From contig JAAPAO010000135.1 in the NCBI GenBank assembly GCA_013115145.1, positions 2,486-66,485 of the forward strand: 64,000 nucleotides of DNA. The letters are read 5' to 3'. A program made the position numbers and the translations under genes. Every line of letters begins with the position of its first letter. Position 1 is the first letter of the stretch. Positions 53,764 to 64,000 of the stretch are shown piece after piece. The notes beneath the pieces were generated by a model. It worked only from the letters and a program-made list of their open reading frames with translations, did not search any database and was not told where the DNA came from. The DNA is from Perkinsus chesapeaki ATCC PRA-425 (Eukaryota > Protista > Perkinsozoa).

Positions 53764-55225
53764 TTATAATATCCAAGTATCCAGAAAAAATGTTGAAATT
53801 ATTTTGCCGTCAGTCGTCATGATGGTGATGCTCCTTTGAGGGGCCGATACCGAGCTTTCGTTCAAGCTGCGCAATCTCCTCTTTGACCTGCTTATACCTG
53901 CGGATAAAAAGCGTCACCGCTTCGGATCGAACCCATGCCCTTCCGAATGGCAGCCTTACTCTCGGTATTCTCGCTCTATCGGAACGATGTCTTTGTGGTA
54001 CTTAATCTTCCGCTGGTTCTCTACGAAGAATCGTGCCTGGTACTGCTGTAGGCCCTCCCGAATCCGAGACTTCTCATCAATCCTAATCGGACGGAAGCAA
54101 GGTTCGAATGAATGAATCCGACAAAATTTCGGTGCCATTAAATAGAAAAAAATAGAAAAAGTGTTCCGTCAAAGTCGGAACATCCACAAGTGATCGGCAA
54201 CCTAATGACTTGGAACATTTTCCACAATTTCCGCCCCCGAAGAGCGACTAAGGATTCTTAATGACAAAAGGTGATATTATTAGACACTGCAAGAAGCTGA
54301 TGCCCGGTGTCGAGTTTTCAAGTGCCACTGTCCGAGAATCTACCGAAAAACATTGATCGTGGGTCAATAATTCTGACTGGAAATATAATAGAAAGTTTTT
54401 ATAGGAAAAATTTCCCATACTAGAGTTTCCCATACTGAAAAAAATATTCTATGAAAACTTTAAACATTAAAATTATTTCTTCTTATAAGAAGAGACATGA
54501 AGTGAATCCCATCATAGCAAAGATTCACAGCGCAACAACTTACAGAGATTGCAGCCTCATCATCAACCTGTTAGATGATACGCTCATCGATGGTTCCTCC
54601 TCCGGCTGCTGACCGAACCGTCCCTGAAAATAAAACTCCTCGAATGACAAGCCATATTTCATACCGCTCTCGACTTTTCGTTGGCTGAAATGTGAGTAGG
54701 GCCTCCTCCTCCTCCTCCAGTCTCGACCTCCTCCATAGCTTGTTTGAGTCCTCGATAATAAGTATACCTAAAACACAAAAACACGACCTTTACCCACATT
54801 ACCGAAAAACGCTTCATTTGTCATTCACACTCAAAACCAATAAAATTAGTTTCACAATCGAGAACTTTTTCCCATATGTTCTATAAATAACTAAATACTT
54901 GATCAACTACATTAAGCAATTACTACCACACTTCTTCCAAATCATCGAACCCTCCCCCCCTTACAGTGGTCGCATCGGCTCCTTATCAGTTCTTCCCGGC
55001 GATCGACCATGAACAGCTGTGAAGGCGACATCATACGACTGAAAGTAATATTATGGGGAATGAGTTGGATAGTAATAGATAGAGCCTTCAAGAGATATAC
55101 CACTACTCAGACATACCTTCAGCTCCTGCTTAACCCTCCGCTTTTCGTGCGACAACTGTGATCGAGGCAAACGACCAATCTGCGACGTCCATCCATTTGT
55201 GGCATCCTCCGGCGGGAGTGACAAT
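53764..55225 (-). CDS. FAM13-like C-terminal tandem-repeat protein (3' exons; gene probably extends upstream)
   Basis: SHEKRRVKQELK|SYDVAFTAVHGRSPGRTDKEPMRPL|YTYYRGLKQ and KSRIREGLQQYQARFFVENQRKIKYHKDIVPIEREYRE|YKQVKEEIAQLE match the two FAM13 C-terminal repeats. Confidence 0.72.
53898..53959 (-). pseudogene. tRNA-like remnant making up most of a 62-nt intron
   Basis: gtaagg CTGCCAT TCGGA AGGGC ATGGG TTCGATC CGAAG CGGTGAC G CTTTTT atccgcag. Confidence 0.65.
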
Positions 55226-56110
55226 CTACACGTAAGTTTTAAAAATTATTCGGCTTCACGTCGAAGACTTCAAGACTTGAAGTTCAAGAAATATGATGTC
55301 TCGACCAGAACGTTACCGATTAGTGTTACTTCCGCAGCCCACCTAGTCTTGAAAAGAGCATTTTGCTCGAACACTTACTTTATTAACGAAAATTTTTTAG
55401 GTGCTCACATGAGCTCGCACGAGGAAAAGGCTCTCCGCGGTGTATTTCGGAAAGAGCAAGGTAAAAGGCTGTATACTGAGCGCCGCAGCAGCAGCAGCAG
55501 CAGTTCATCACCTCCTACTATTTCTTCCCATAAAGTTTTTCTCGGCATTTTTCCTGGAATTCTGAGTAAGAAAATCCCACCACTTGGAGCGTAGTCTCGA
55601 TTCTGACTTATTGAAAATATCTATATTGTTTCCTATTCTGCGCGAAATGCACGCGTAAGCTCAAGATATTTATCAATACGTCCACAAAACCCCCTACCTT
55701 TCTATAGCTTTCCTCAAATGCTCCGAGCCACTCCACCCCTCCGCATCGATATCTCCTTCACGAGTATCGAAAGTTCTGAATGAAAAAAATCTTCACAGTG
55801 CGCACCCCTTAGATTCCTCCATCCCTCTACCTGGCATCTGACCTCCTGAAAGCAACAGCATTACCGGCGGAATCGGCGGTCGTATCGGTGCACTTATCAA
55901 CATTATTTTGCCCACCGATTTCCCTAAACCAATTGCCGCGGACTCAATACGGGATGCAAATTCTTCGCAGTGCGCTCGGAACAAAGACTCCCTCTATTAC
56001 GTTGATCGATTGAGCGTTGCCGAGGTTCCAATGGCTAAGTTCGGTTTGGTGGGCGGACCCTCGGTGGCACTCTGAGGAGGAGAAAAGTTGGAATATCAAA
56101 CATTACAGTC

Positions 56111-56220
56111 AACATATTTCCTATCAAACTCCTTTCTATTATATCTCCTCCTCCGTATCACTAGTAACATATTTCCAATCAAACTCCTTTCTATTATATC
56201 TCCTCCTCCGTATCACTAGT
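56111..56220. repeat. 55-bp tandem duplication (2 copies, 1 mismatch)
   Basis: AACATATTTCC(T/A)ATCAAACTCCTTTCTATTATATCTCCTCCTCCGTATCACTAGT x2. Confidence 0.9.
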
Positions 56221-58206
56221 ACCATTTCCCCCTCTCTATTACCTGTCCCTCACTTCCTATTGAATCTCCTCCTCCCACAAGTATCTGATATCATCACCGC
56301 CCATAACCATCAAAATCTCAAACTATTACCAATACCTTCTCAAAATCATCTTCCAACGAAACAGGTACTGTCCAGTTCTGTGGTATCGGCACCTCCGACT
56401 CAGGGACCACCTACCACGAAACAGTGACCCTTTTCAACACTATGTGGACTTCAGGAGCGAAAATTAATATCTTCACGATTGAAGTCACGAGGCAAGAGAG
56501 TGATACGAAATCTGGTGGCTCTGGGACTCCACCTCCCCGCCAGCTCGACATAGGGATTCGGCAAAGAGGAGCTAACTGAAACTGTTGTATCCAGAACGCC
56601 GACTTAAAACCATATGACTAACATCAAGGTCCAGTAGAAAGATCTGCTGAGTGTTAAACTTCATTTTCGGGACACCCACAAACATGTTCATAAATTACGC
56701 GAGGAGGACTGGTGGAAGGTATTCCTCGTATACATACTGATAATCCATTTCGATACAACGTATACCCACAAGTGCCTCTATAATGTCAATTACTTATCCT
56801 TCCCCTAATTTACACTTATAAAATGATGACCCACACTCGAGAGCATGCTACTGGAGCCGTCATGTTATCAACACATAAAAAATCGAATATTGTTCAAGAC
56901 CAACAAGGCGTGAGCTTCATACCGACTTTTCCTCTTACCGATATCCTAGCTGCCATCAACGGTCTCATCCCCTGTCTCCTTCTATGCCAAGTATCCCTAG
57001 TGGGATTGATCAATCCTCGATCAACAGTATCAACCAAAACTCTAGTTAGTATAGCATTACCTATATCGGAATAATAACATACCACTAATGCTGCCCATAC
57101 AAAATTACAATGTGTGAATTTACTAATAAAACTCTCCATCAATTTTCAACCATTTAATACTTTAACTGATGTACCAGTTATCCAGACCCAAGTGGATCCT
57201 TATGGATCTCACCAACATATTTCCCTATAAATTTCGCATAAGTTTTATATAACACTATCAGATTAAGTCCGAAAATGCCAGAACGCAAGTTGCCCAAAAT
57301 GCAATAAAAAGCGTTCCGAATGTGAAGTATTTTAACGATACAACAGTATTAGGAAAGTATATACACAAATTTTCAGACTCGTATGTGATCTGGTTATGCC
57401 ACCAGCAACCCGCTCCGTTCTGTAACACTATGGTATTAAGTCCGATATAAGGGGTGCAGCAAAAAGGGGACAACTCCTGGGATTTAGTAACGCATCCGAA
57501 TTATAGCGATATTTACTCCGTATCAACTATACCGTTCTTTCTTCACTTTACCAATATAACCTTTTGCCCCCAATCCGACCAGGGATTATTTTCCGAATTT
57601 CATAATCTACAACGTGTCACTTGCCAAGCCGGAATTGTGTTTCTTGCTTCTCTGCCAGCTTCTGTGAACCCTTCCAAGAATTTGCTAATCGACCGCTGAA
57701 ACATCCACGACACCGCCGATTTCGAGAAATAATATTTTTAATACCGATTCACGGGGTTAAACGTGACGCCTCTTAGCCTCACCCCAAATTATTACAATCT
57801 TTCGGCAAAGTCGGTATGAGCGTTATCGAGGGCAATGTAATGCTCGGCAACACCGTCCTGCTCTCCTGCCCCGAGACCTTACCCTCATCACCAACTGCCA
57901 TCTAGACAAAAGTGAAAACTGAACAATAATAAATAATACGATCAACTCATAACGACGATCTATGCCGCCTCTTTTTATAAATATGTGAACTTTACTGTTT
58001 GTCACCTACAGGCGTTGGCGAGGTCAAAAATCTTGACGATAATTTTCAAAATTTACAAAATTTTTTTTCCGCGTCTCCTGGTCACTCCGACAACCTAGAT
58101 ATATAACAACAGTGGGTCAATACCCTATCTGGAGCATCCCCAGGATGGGAATAGTTACTCCAAATCGAACAGCCACCCACGATGAACTCAACACAAGAAG
58201 TAATAG

Positions 58207-59031
58207 TCAATCTTCTGGAGTGTCGTCCGTCGTATCTGATTCCCCATCCCCATCCTCATCTTCACTATACTCTATCAGTGTGTAATTAGGTGACACATAC
58301 TTGGCATAGAACTGTCGAATGGATGAAGAATACCTGAACGGCTAAAGTAGTAAAAAGTCAATGTCCCTCAGCATTTACCACCTGAATTTCGTAAGCGAAC
58401 TCTAAACAAATATGACAACTACAATCTGCGAAAATGAAACGGTTGATCGATTTGCTTTGTCATGACGGAATGTAACGCCATCATCATTGATCGCTTGAAA
58501 GTGTGCCCGTTGAGGGGCCAGCCTTGGGAGCTGCTCACCTTCCGTGTCCTATCACTGCTATCACAGACGTCTTGTGCCCCGATTACCGAGTCATACGAAA
58601 AGTTACAATCATAATTTTACTGTTAACAGTACATTCGTCTAGCTAGCACTCGGTGCCGAGTACGGTGCCGATTCCGATTCCACGCTACACTTCAATTTTA
58701 ATCCACGAATTTTTCCATTTCTGATCATCTAGAATATCAAACAACTATTCGCAACAGCCCCCCAACCCCCCCGACCCGTATTACCATGACCAGCACAACA
58801 GCATTACAATTAATAATACCCCCGCCACATGACGACATATATTAGTCATCTCCTCACAAAGCGTCGAATCCATCCTCGTAACAGCTACATTAAACAGCTA
58901 GAGGTGTCAGAATAATAATGATTCCTACCTATTTGCAAAAAGCTCAAATCGTCATCCAGTAGGTTCTCATCATCCGCCAGATATCCACCCGCCGCAGATG
59001 GCTGTTCCAATCCGGGGTCGAATGATGACAT
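58207..59031 (-). CDS. Possible small multi-exon protein with an acidic tail
   Basis: Exon-like pieces MSSFDPGLEQ.., EFAYEIQ|GILHPFDSSMP|KYSEDEDGDGESDTTDDTPED*. Full path not resolved. Confidence 0.25.
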
Positions 59032-59421
59032 GCAAAAATACTAACAGCGATATAACAAAGCCAGGATCCTATTAGTGGCTTGCAACAACTCATAACAACC
59101 GAACCCGAATTATCGAAGATTTTCCGAGTGCCAAAAATTATAATGTCCAATTATATAAGCAACCATTCATATATCCAAGCTCAGATTGGATACTCCTAAC
59201 GCCAAAACATCGTAACTTGTTTCTACACCTTTCAGAAATCTTTCTCGCGCTTTAGGCCACCTATTTGGCGGTAGGACCGGAGTATGTTAAAAGCAGCCCC
59301 CCTGGGAACATATAAAAGATGTGGAGTAATATGTCGATTGCTCTCTACTTAACGCAATAATGACGAGCCTTTGGATAGAAACAGCAATACGAGGAATAAC
59401 TCCACTGCAGAATTGTTTTAG

Positions 59422-59453
59422 AAATGCCGTGTGCCGGGATCGAACCCGCACCA
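59422..59453 (-). pseudogene. tRNA 3'-end-like remnant directly after the ChaC stop codon
   Basis: TGA tggt GCGGG TTCGATC CCGGC ACACGGC A TTT; T-stem pairs 4/5. Confidence 0.72.
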
Positions 59454-61299
59454 TCACGCGGCACTCTCGATCGCTTTGTATAGCGATTCCACATGATCAT
59501 CGTGAACCCCCAAGGACTCTAGACAATGCCAAAGGCGACATACCTGCAATAATAGTTTTGTGGCGCGTGACTGAACATTATATAAATATAATGAGGCGGT
59601 GGTGGCATAAAGATATTTCTTATTACATCTCCATCCCCTAAATGGTCTACTAACGTTCAATGCCCCAACTATTACATAGTCCTTATTTGCCCCACTCGGC
59701 CCCACCGCCTTCGACACCCGTTTGGCAATCGTTTGAATGCTCTCCGGTCCAGTGAACATTGGATTCTCATCCTTATCAACAGAACCATAATAAAGATAAC
59801 AATCTCCTATAATAAAAATCCACCAAAAATCACCGCACCCATATTACCAATTATTTTCCCCTTCGCATCATACAAAGTCGACACCGTTCTAGTGTACCCG
59901 TTTTTCTCCCTAATGTCGAGTATCTAATAATTATTTTCATTAACAACCTGACAAGCCATGCATGCGCAAAGCCGGCGTTGGAAATTCCCTTCATCTTTTA
60001 TGTAGGGAAAGCCCATCCAACAGTTTGTCGCCGAGGATCTACAACGTGCTGCAAGAAGTGAGGCCTTTTTTGGCACTTCGTTGGCGGAGTTCTCCAGTGA
60101 GCATTCGGTATTCCTGTCCCCAAGAAGGTCCGTGCTTGCCTCGGCCAATGATGGAATACTGTTACATTATACACTATGTTCGTAGCCAAGTCCGGAAGCA
60201 CATTTCCCTACGAAGCCATCTGTTCGATCAACCACAACTCGGAGCCCAATACAAATATCAAAGTCAGACGGCAATAGGGACACTTGAAGTGCCACTTGTG
60301 TTTGAGACATTTCAACAACCGCAAGATTTCACGAGGTGGGCGGTCTTTTTTGCAATACCGTGACATGTAACATCGCGGCGACCTACTGCCTATTACCGTT
60401 ATTATTATTATAAATTATTTCTTTAACTTTTATTTATATAAATTATTTCTTCAACTTTTATTATTATAGAAGTAACCTGTACCGATAGACAACTAGTTAA
60501 GAGTTTTTCAAGAGCTCAAACTGATCAAGTTGAATTCTAACGAACACCTCAGACGGTCGAATGACTAATCTTCTGGAGGATCGACAAACATTGAGTATCC
60601 ACTTGGATTAACCAGTTAAACCCGATATGACCTTCATAGTCTCATCAAAGTTGTCATCCTTAAGAACATATGCCATGCCCCAAACACCATCGTGCTCTCC
60701 TTCATCACGATCTCTAGCACTAGTGACCGGAAGATCCTCGCAACGTAGAAGTGTGGCTACTCTGAAAAGGGATGTCAATTACAGATAAAGCGGTATAATA
60801 AATCGTAGTGATTAATGAAGTAAATAGTTAGTCATACATTGTCAAAATTAATACAAAGTAAATTAGTGCTTTTAAGTACATGATGCTTTGTGCCCATTGA
60901 AATATCCAAAGTCCTAGATCCACAGAGAGCCTGTGTGGTGGTTAGAGGATTCTACCTGCCAGGATATGTCGGGGTGCCTCGATGATCGACACTGGACTGC
61001 CAAAACCGCCGTACAAAGCCTTTGACTTTTGCAGGAAACGAGTTAGTCTGAAGTAGGCGGGGAAATCGGTATGAGAGTGATAAAACCAAGTCAAGCTGAA
61101 TGGTCCTACATAATCTAAAGCAGGTCTCCACATGATAGAGCCATAACCGAAAATAATACGAATATCTTTTCGTTGGCGAGCAATGGGATCAACCTGATAA
61201 GAAGTCCACAGAGAGACAATGAAGGCCTACCCTAGCGGTTGCCCAGCAGGAACCATTACGATCTAAATCAGGTGATGAGGTATCTTCGATAACTTCCAT
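59454..61299 (-). CDS. ChaC: ChaC glutathione-specific gamma-glutamylcyclotransferase, multi-exon
   Basis: IFGYGSIMWRP, VRRFWQSSVDHRGTPTYPGRVATL, VWGMAY, ENPMFTGP, GPSGANKDY. Confidence 0.9.
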
Positions 61300-61388
61300 C
61301 ACCGAAAAAATTTAAAATAGCAATGACTGTTCGATGAAGTAGCGCGCGCCGGACTTACACCGTGGGAGCGCGCGCCCTAAAACAAATC

Positions 61389-62760
61389 GGGCTGTTCAAT
61401 AGACCCGGCTAAGTTCGAACCCAGTAACGCTTTTCAAAACAGCTTTTAAAAAGCGATCTCCGTATTGCGTTCAATAGATGTGCGGCCGAGATTCATAGTT
61501 CTTCTTAAGAACTTCTTTAGCTCAGCTACCTTCCTATTGAGAGGTTTTCAACATGCCACATGCCCGTAAAACCATCTAGTGCGGATTCTTTGACCATTAC
61601 TCAAGCTAATACTAGCAAAAATATCTTCACAGAAGAGGAAACTAACTCATTGGGCAACATCATCAGCAACGAGTCCGAGAATCGTCTACCCATTATATTG
61701 TCGAAGGGTAACTCTGCTGACGCAAGAGCTCAGCAATCTTATATTTGGAGTAAGATAGCAGAGGAGTACAACGATCAAGCTGCTGAGTTATCCTATGGTT
61801 ATAGCGGACATAGGCGCATTGGAGAGCAACTAAAGCGGAAGTTTCAAGCTATTCGAACTCAAGCCAAGTCGGATGCGGCGGCTGCAAAGAACTCTTTAGC
61901 AACGACTGGAGGAGGGCGACTAGGAGTGTCTAGCTATCATAGCAGCTTCACGGTCAACTTGAGTCCAGAGGAGCTTTACGGTGTTGGCGACGCCATATTT
62001 GGTACAGTGAAGACCTCTAACCCGCAGAGTTCCGCGGCAGGGTCCTCGACCGACATCCACGACCCGTCTTTCGGCTCATTGCCAGACAATACGGCCACAG
62101 CTAAAGTTCGTGATATCGATTATGAGGTTGAGCAGCCCGATGTTTGAGGAATAAATACAGGTGGTTCAGAAGACTCGCCGAAGTTAAGAGCCGAACAGGA
62201 CAAGTTCTCATCAAGCAGCCCATCGTGCAGCAATTATTGGTTTATATGCAGCCAACTTCGGATTATTCAAAATGCGGTGGACAGAATAGGAGCGACTATT
62301 GGATACTCACCATCAACACCGCCAAAGATTCGCTCCTCCACCTCGAGCGAGAAGGATTCAATGATGGCTTTCGCTTGGGCTGAAGCTCAGTGCCGTCGAC
62401 GGGCAGGCCAGAAGCCCTTGGTTTCTGGATCAAGATTCTGGGCTAGATATATCGATACCCAACGACCGAATGGACTTTCCTGCAGTCATACGCCTGCTGC
62501 TTATCGCAATATGTTCAACATATCGCTGAAAACGTTTATAACATAGGCTTTAGAATCGTGGAAAATTACAAATCAAGTCACACTATACCCTCCTGGATAT
62601 ACACCTAGAACCGCAAGCACCTCTGAATGATACATTTCACTCATTGTAAATGGTAAGACTATGGGGAACGTTAAGGAGTCATGATATCATTTAGTACATG
62701 CTTCATTTTCAGATGCGTGGAGTTCTACGGATGGGTGCCATCAGCCGAGATAACAGTAGT
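61389..62760 (+). mobile_element. PIF/Harbinger-like element remnant
   Basis: Myb/SANT ORF followed by decayed transposase pieces (RFWARYID..YRNMFNISLKTF; AWSSTDGCHQP, similar to GAIDGxHI). GGGCTGTTCAATAGAC is a candidate left end; the right end was not found. Confidence 0.6.
61560..62147 (+). CDS. Myb/SANT-like DNA-binding protein (Harbinger accessory type)
   Basis: FTEEE..WSKIAEEYN..R..EQLKRKFQAIRTQAK..TGGG. Confidence 0.8.
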   Translation: MPVKPSSADSLTITQANTSKNIFTEEETNSLGNIISNESENRLPIILSKGNSADARAQQSYIWSKIAEEYNDQAAELSYGYSGHRRIGEQLKRKFQAIRTQAKSDAAAAKNSLATTGGGRLGVSSYHSSFTVNLSPEELYGVGDAIFGTVKTSNPQSSAAGSSTDIHDPSFGSLPDNTATAKVRDIDYEVEQPDV

Positions 62761-62919
62761 GTTTCCAATAATCCACCAGTTTCCAATATTATACGTTCCG
62801 TATATACTACTATAAGTCAGTAGCACCCTCTCTATTTCAATACCCAAGGCTAGGTGGGTATTATTATTTATTGGTATTAATCATCATTATCCTTGGTTGC
62901 GTTATTCTATAAAGTGTTA

Positions 62920-63790
62920 TGAGCAATTCCTTAAGAGGCATCGACGACATTGAGCAAGAGGAAACTAACGGCTCCCAACAATATTATCCGCATATTACCA
63001 CTACTACAAATGACAGCTACCGCGGAAACCTCAATATCTGTACTAAACGGTGCACTTGTTGAATCAGACGCACCGGACAACAACGCCAGCATGCCAAATT
63101 TGTTCGTGGAATCTACCAACTTGGCAACAAAACTTGGCCCATCTTGGCTCAAGTTGGATTTTTTTCAACTAACAACCTAAAACATGCCAATTCCGCCGTC
63201 TGGGGAGACTCCAACCCAGCGCGGCAAACGCTCTCGTGCCTCCCCGTCGCCGAATACTACTGGACTGAACAAGAACAAGCTAAGCTGAGCCGATGAGTAA
63301 GACTTGGATGATGAGGATCAACTTGAATCCGAAGAAGCAGACGAGCAGGATGGTAGTATCGCAAGCGACGGGGCCGCGAGCGATGGGTTGGCTAGTTTTA
63401 CAAATGGATATGTGCCCTTTAAGGATTTAGTACGCGAGATCGAGGATGTTGTGAATGAATGTCTCAATAGCGATCGGATTCTCTCGGATTCATTCGGCGC
63501 CAGATTGCAAGAGTCCGCAAGGGTGATACATTGGAGATGCACCTGAAAATCACGAAAACCTGGTAACCGCCTAGTGATTACCGCGGAAATCGCGAAAAGG
63601 TAACCTACTTTACCATATCACCAAAAACCGCTAGCGAAAACCGCCATATCGCGAAAACCGCAAACCAAATATCACGATAAACCGCGTTTTTCGCGAAATG
63701 ATAAATGTTTTTCGTGTTTACCATTTCACATGAAAAACTACACCTATTTAACGCGGTTTTCACAGTGTAAACCACGTGGTAACCGCCAGA
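62920..63790 (+). mobile_element. Possible MULE remnant: decayed SWIM finger, acidic tail and subterminal AAAACCGC-type repeats
   Basis: YRGNLNICTKRCTC*IRRTGQQRQHA resembles CxC..TG..CxH. Many GAAAACC/TAACCGC motifs at 63550-63790. Confidence 0.33.
63139..63153 (+). other. Relict spliced leader (3' 15 nt)
   Basis: CCATCTTGGCTCAAG equals the last 15 nt of the Perkinsus SL as I recall it (ACCGTAGCCATCTTGGCTCAAG). An ATG follows at 63184. Confidence 0.72.
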
Positions 63791-63802
63791 ATCTTGAAGA
63801 GC

Positions 63803-63880
63803 AAAAATGCATAGAGGTAGAATCGAACCCACAACCATCTTCTAATGAACCATGTATCCTAACCGACTCCGTGATTTGGT
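63803..63880 (-). pseudogene. Degenerate full-length tRNA-like sequence
   Basis: AGTCGGTTAGGATA CATGG TTCATTA GAAGA TGGTT GTGGG TTCGATT CTACC TCTATGC A TTTTT; A-box and B-box at tRNA spacing, stems largely broken. Confidence 0.62.
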
Positions 63881-64000
63881 TCGCAGAATCGTGGAGAGAG
63901 CATTCGGGTTCCTGAAACGCTTTGACATTCTTTACACGAAATGCAGAAGCAGGCTGCGTCGGAGGAACGATCGACCGACAAGGCCCATATGCGCGTGTCG

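Noticed and set aside
60390-60470. AT-rich near-duplication in a ChaC intron
   Set aside because: Low-complexity slippage.
60150-60640. Apparent absence of the ChaC catalytic LDxRE glutamate
   Set aside because: I could not resolve the middle exons, so no claim of inactivity is supportable.
61405-61435. B-box-like AAGTTCGAACCC
   Set aside because: Only 10 nt to the T-run and no stem; more likely part of the Harbinger end.
63139-63170. SL RNA gene
   Set aside because: The SL match is only 15 nt and is followed by TT rather than a GT donor.

Overview
Gene-dense, intron-rich eukaryotic DNA, most consistent with a Perkinsus-type alveolate. The main clues are short GT-AG introns, lineage-specific secreted families and a 15-nt match to the Perkinsus spliced leader as I recall it. 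All gene models were spliced by eye, so exon edges are provisional. Recognisable genes: a TBC Rab-GAP, a CDK12/CDKC-like kinase, a SOS1/NhaP-type Na+/H+ antiporter, a METTL21-like methyltransferase, an RSPH10B-like MORN protein, an H-NOX-like/receiver/degenerate cyclase protein, SYF1/XAB2, a FAM13-like C-terminus and ChaC. Between them lie several secreted-protein paralogues and decayed transposons (Chapaev/Transib-like, PIF/Harbinger, possibly MULE and LTR). The most striking unexplained signal is a set of 8 tRNA-like 3' ends. Each has a T-loop, exactly 12 nt, a discriminator base and an oligo-T tract. Six lie in predicted introns, and two short introns are almost entirely a tRNA remnant whose Pol III-type terminator supplies the pyrimidine tract. 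Also notable: a relict spliced leader, two long near-perfect palindromes, and altered catalytic motifs in the antiporter and the cyclase.
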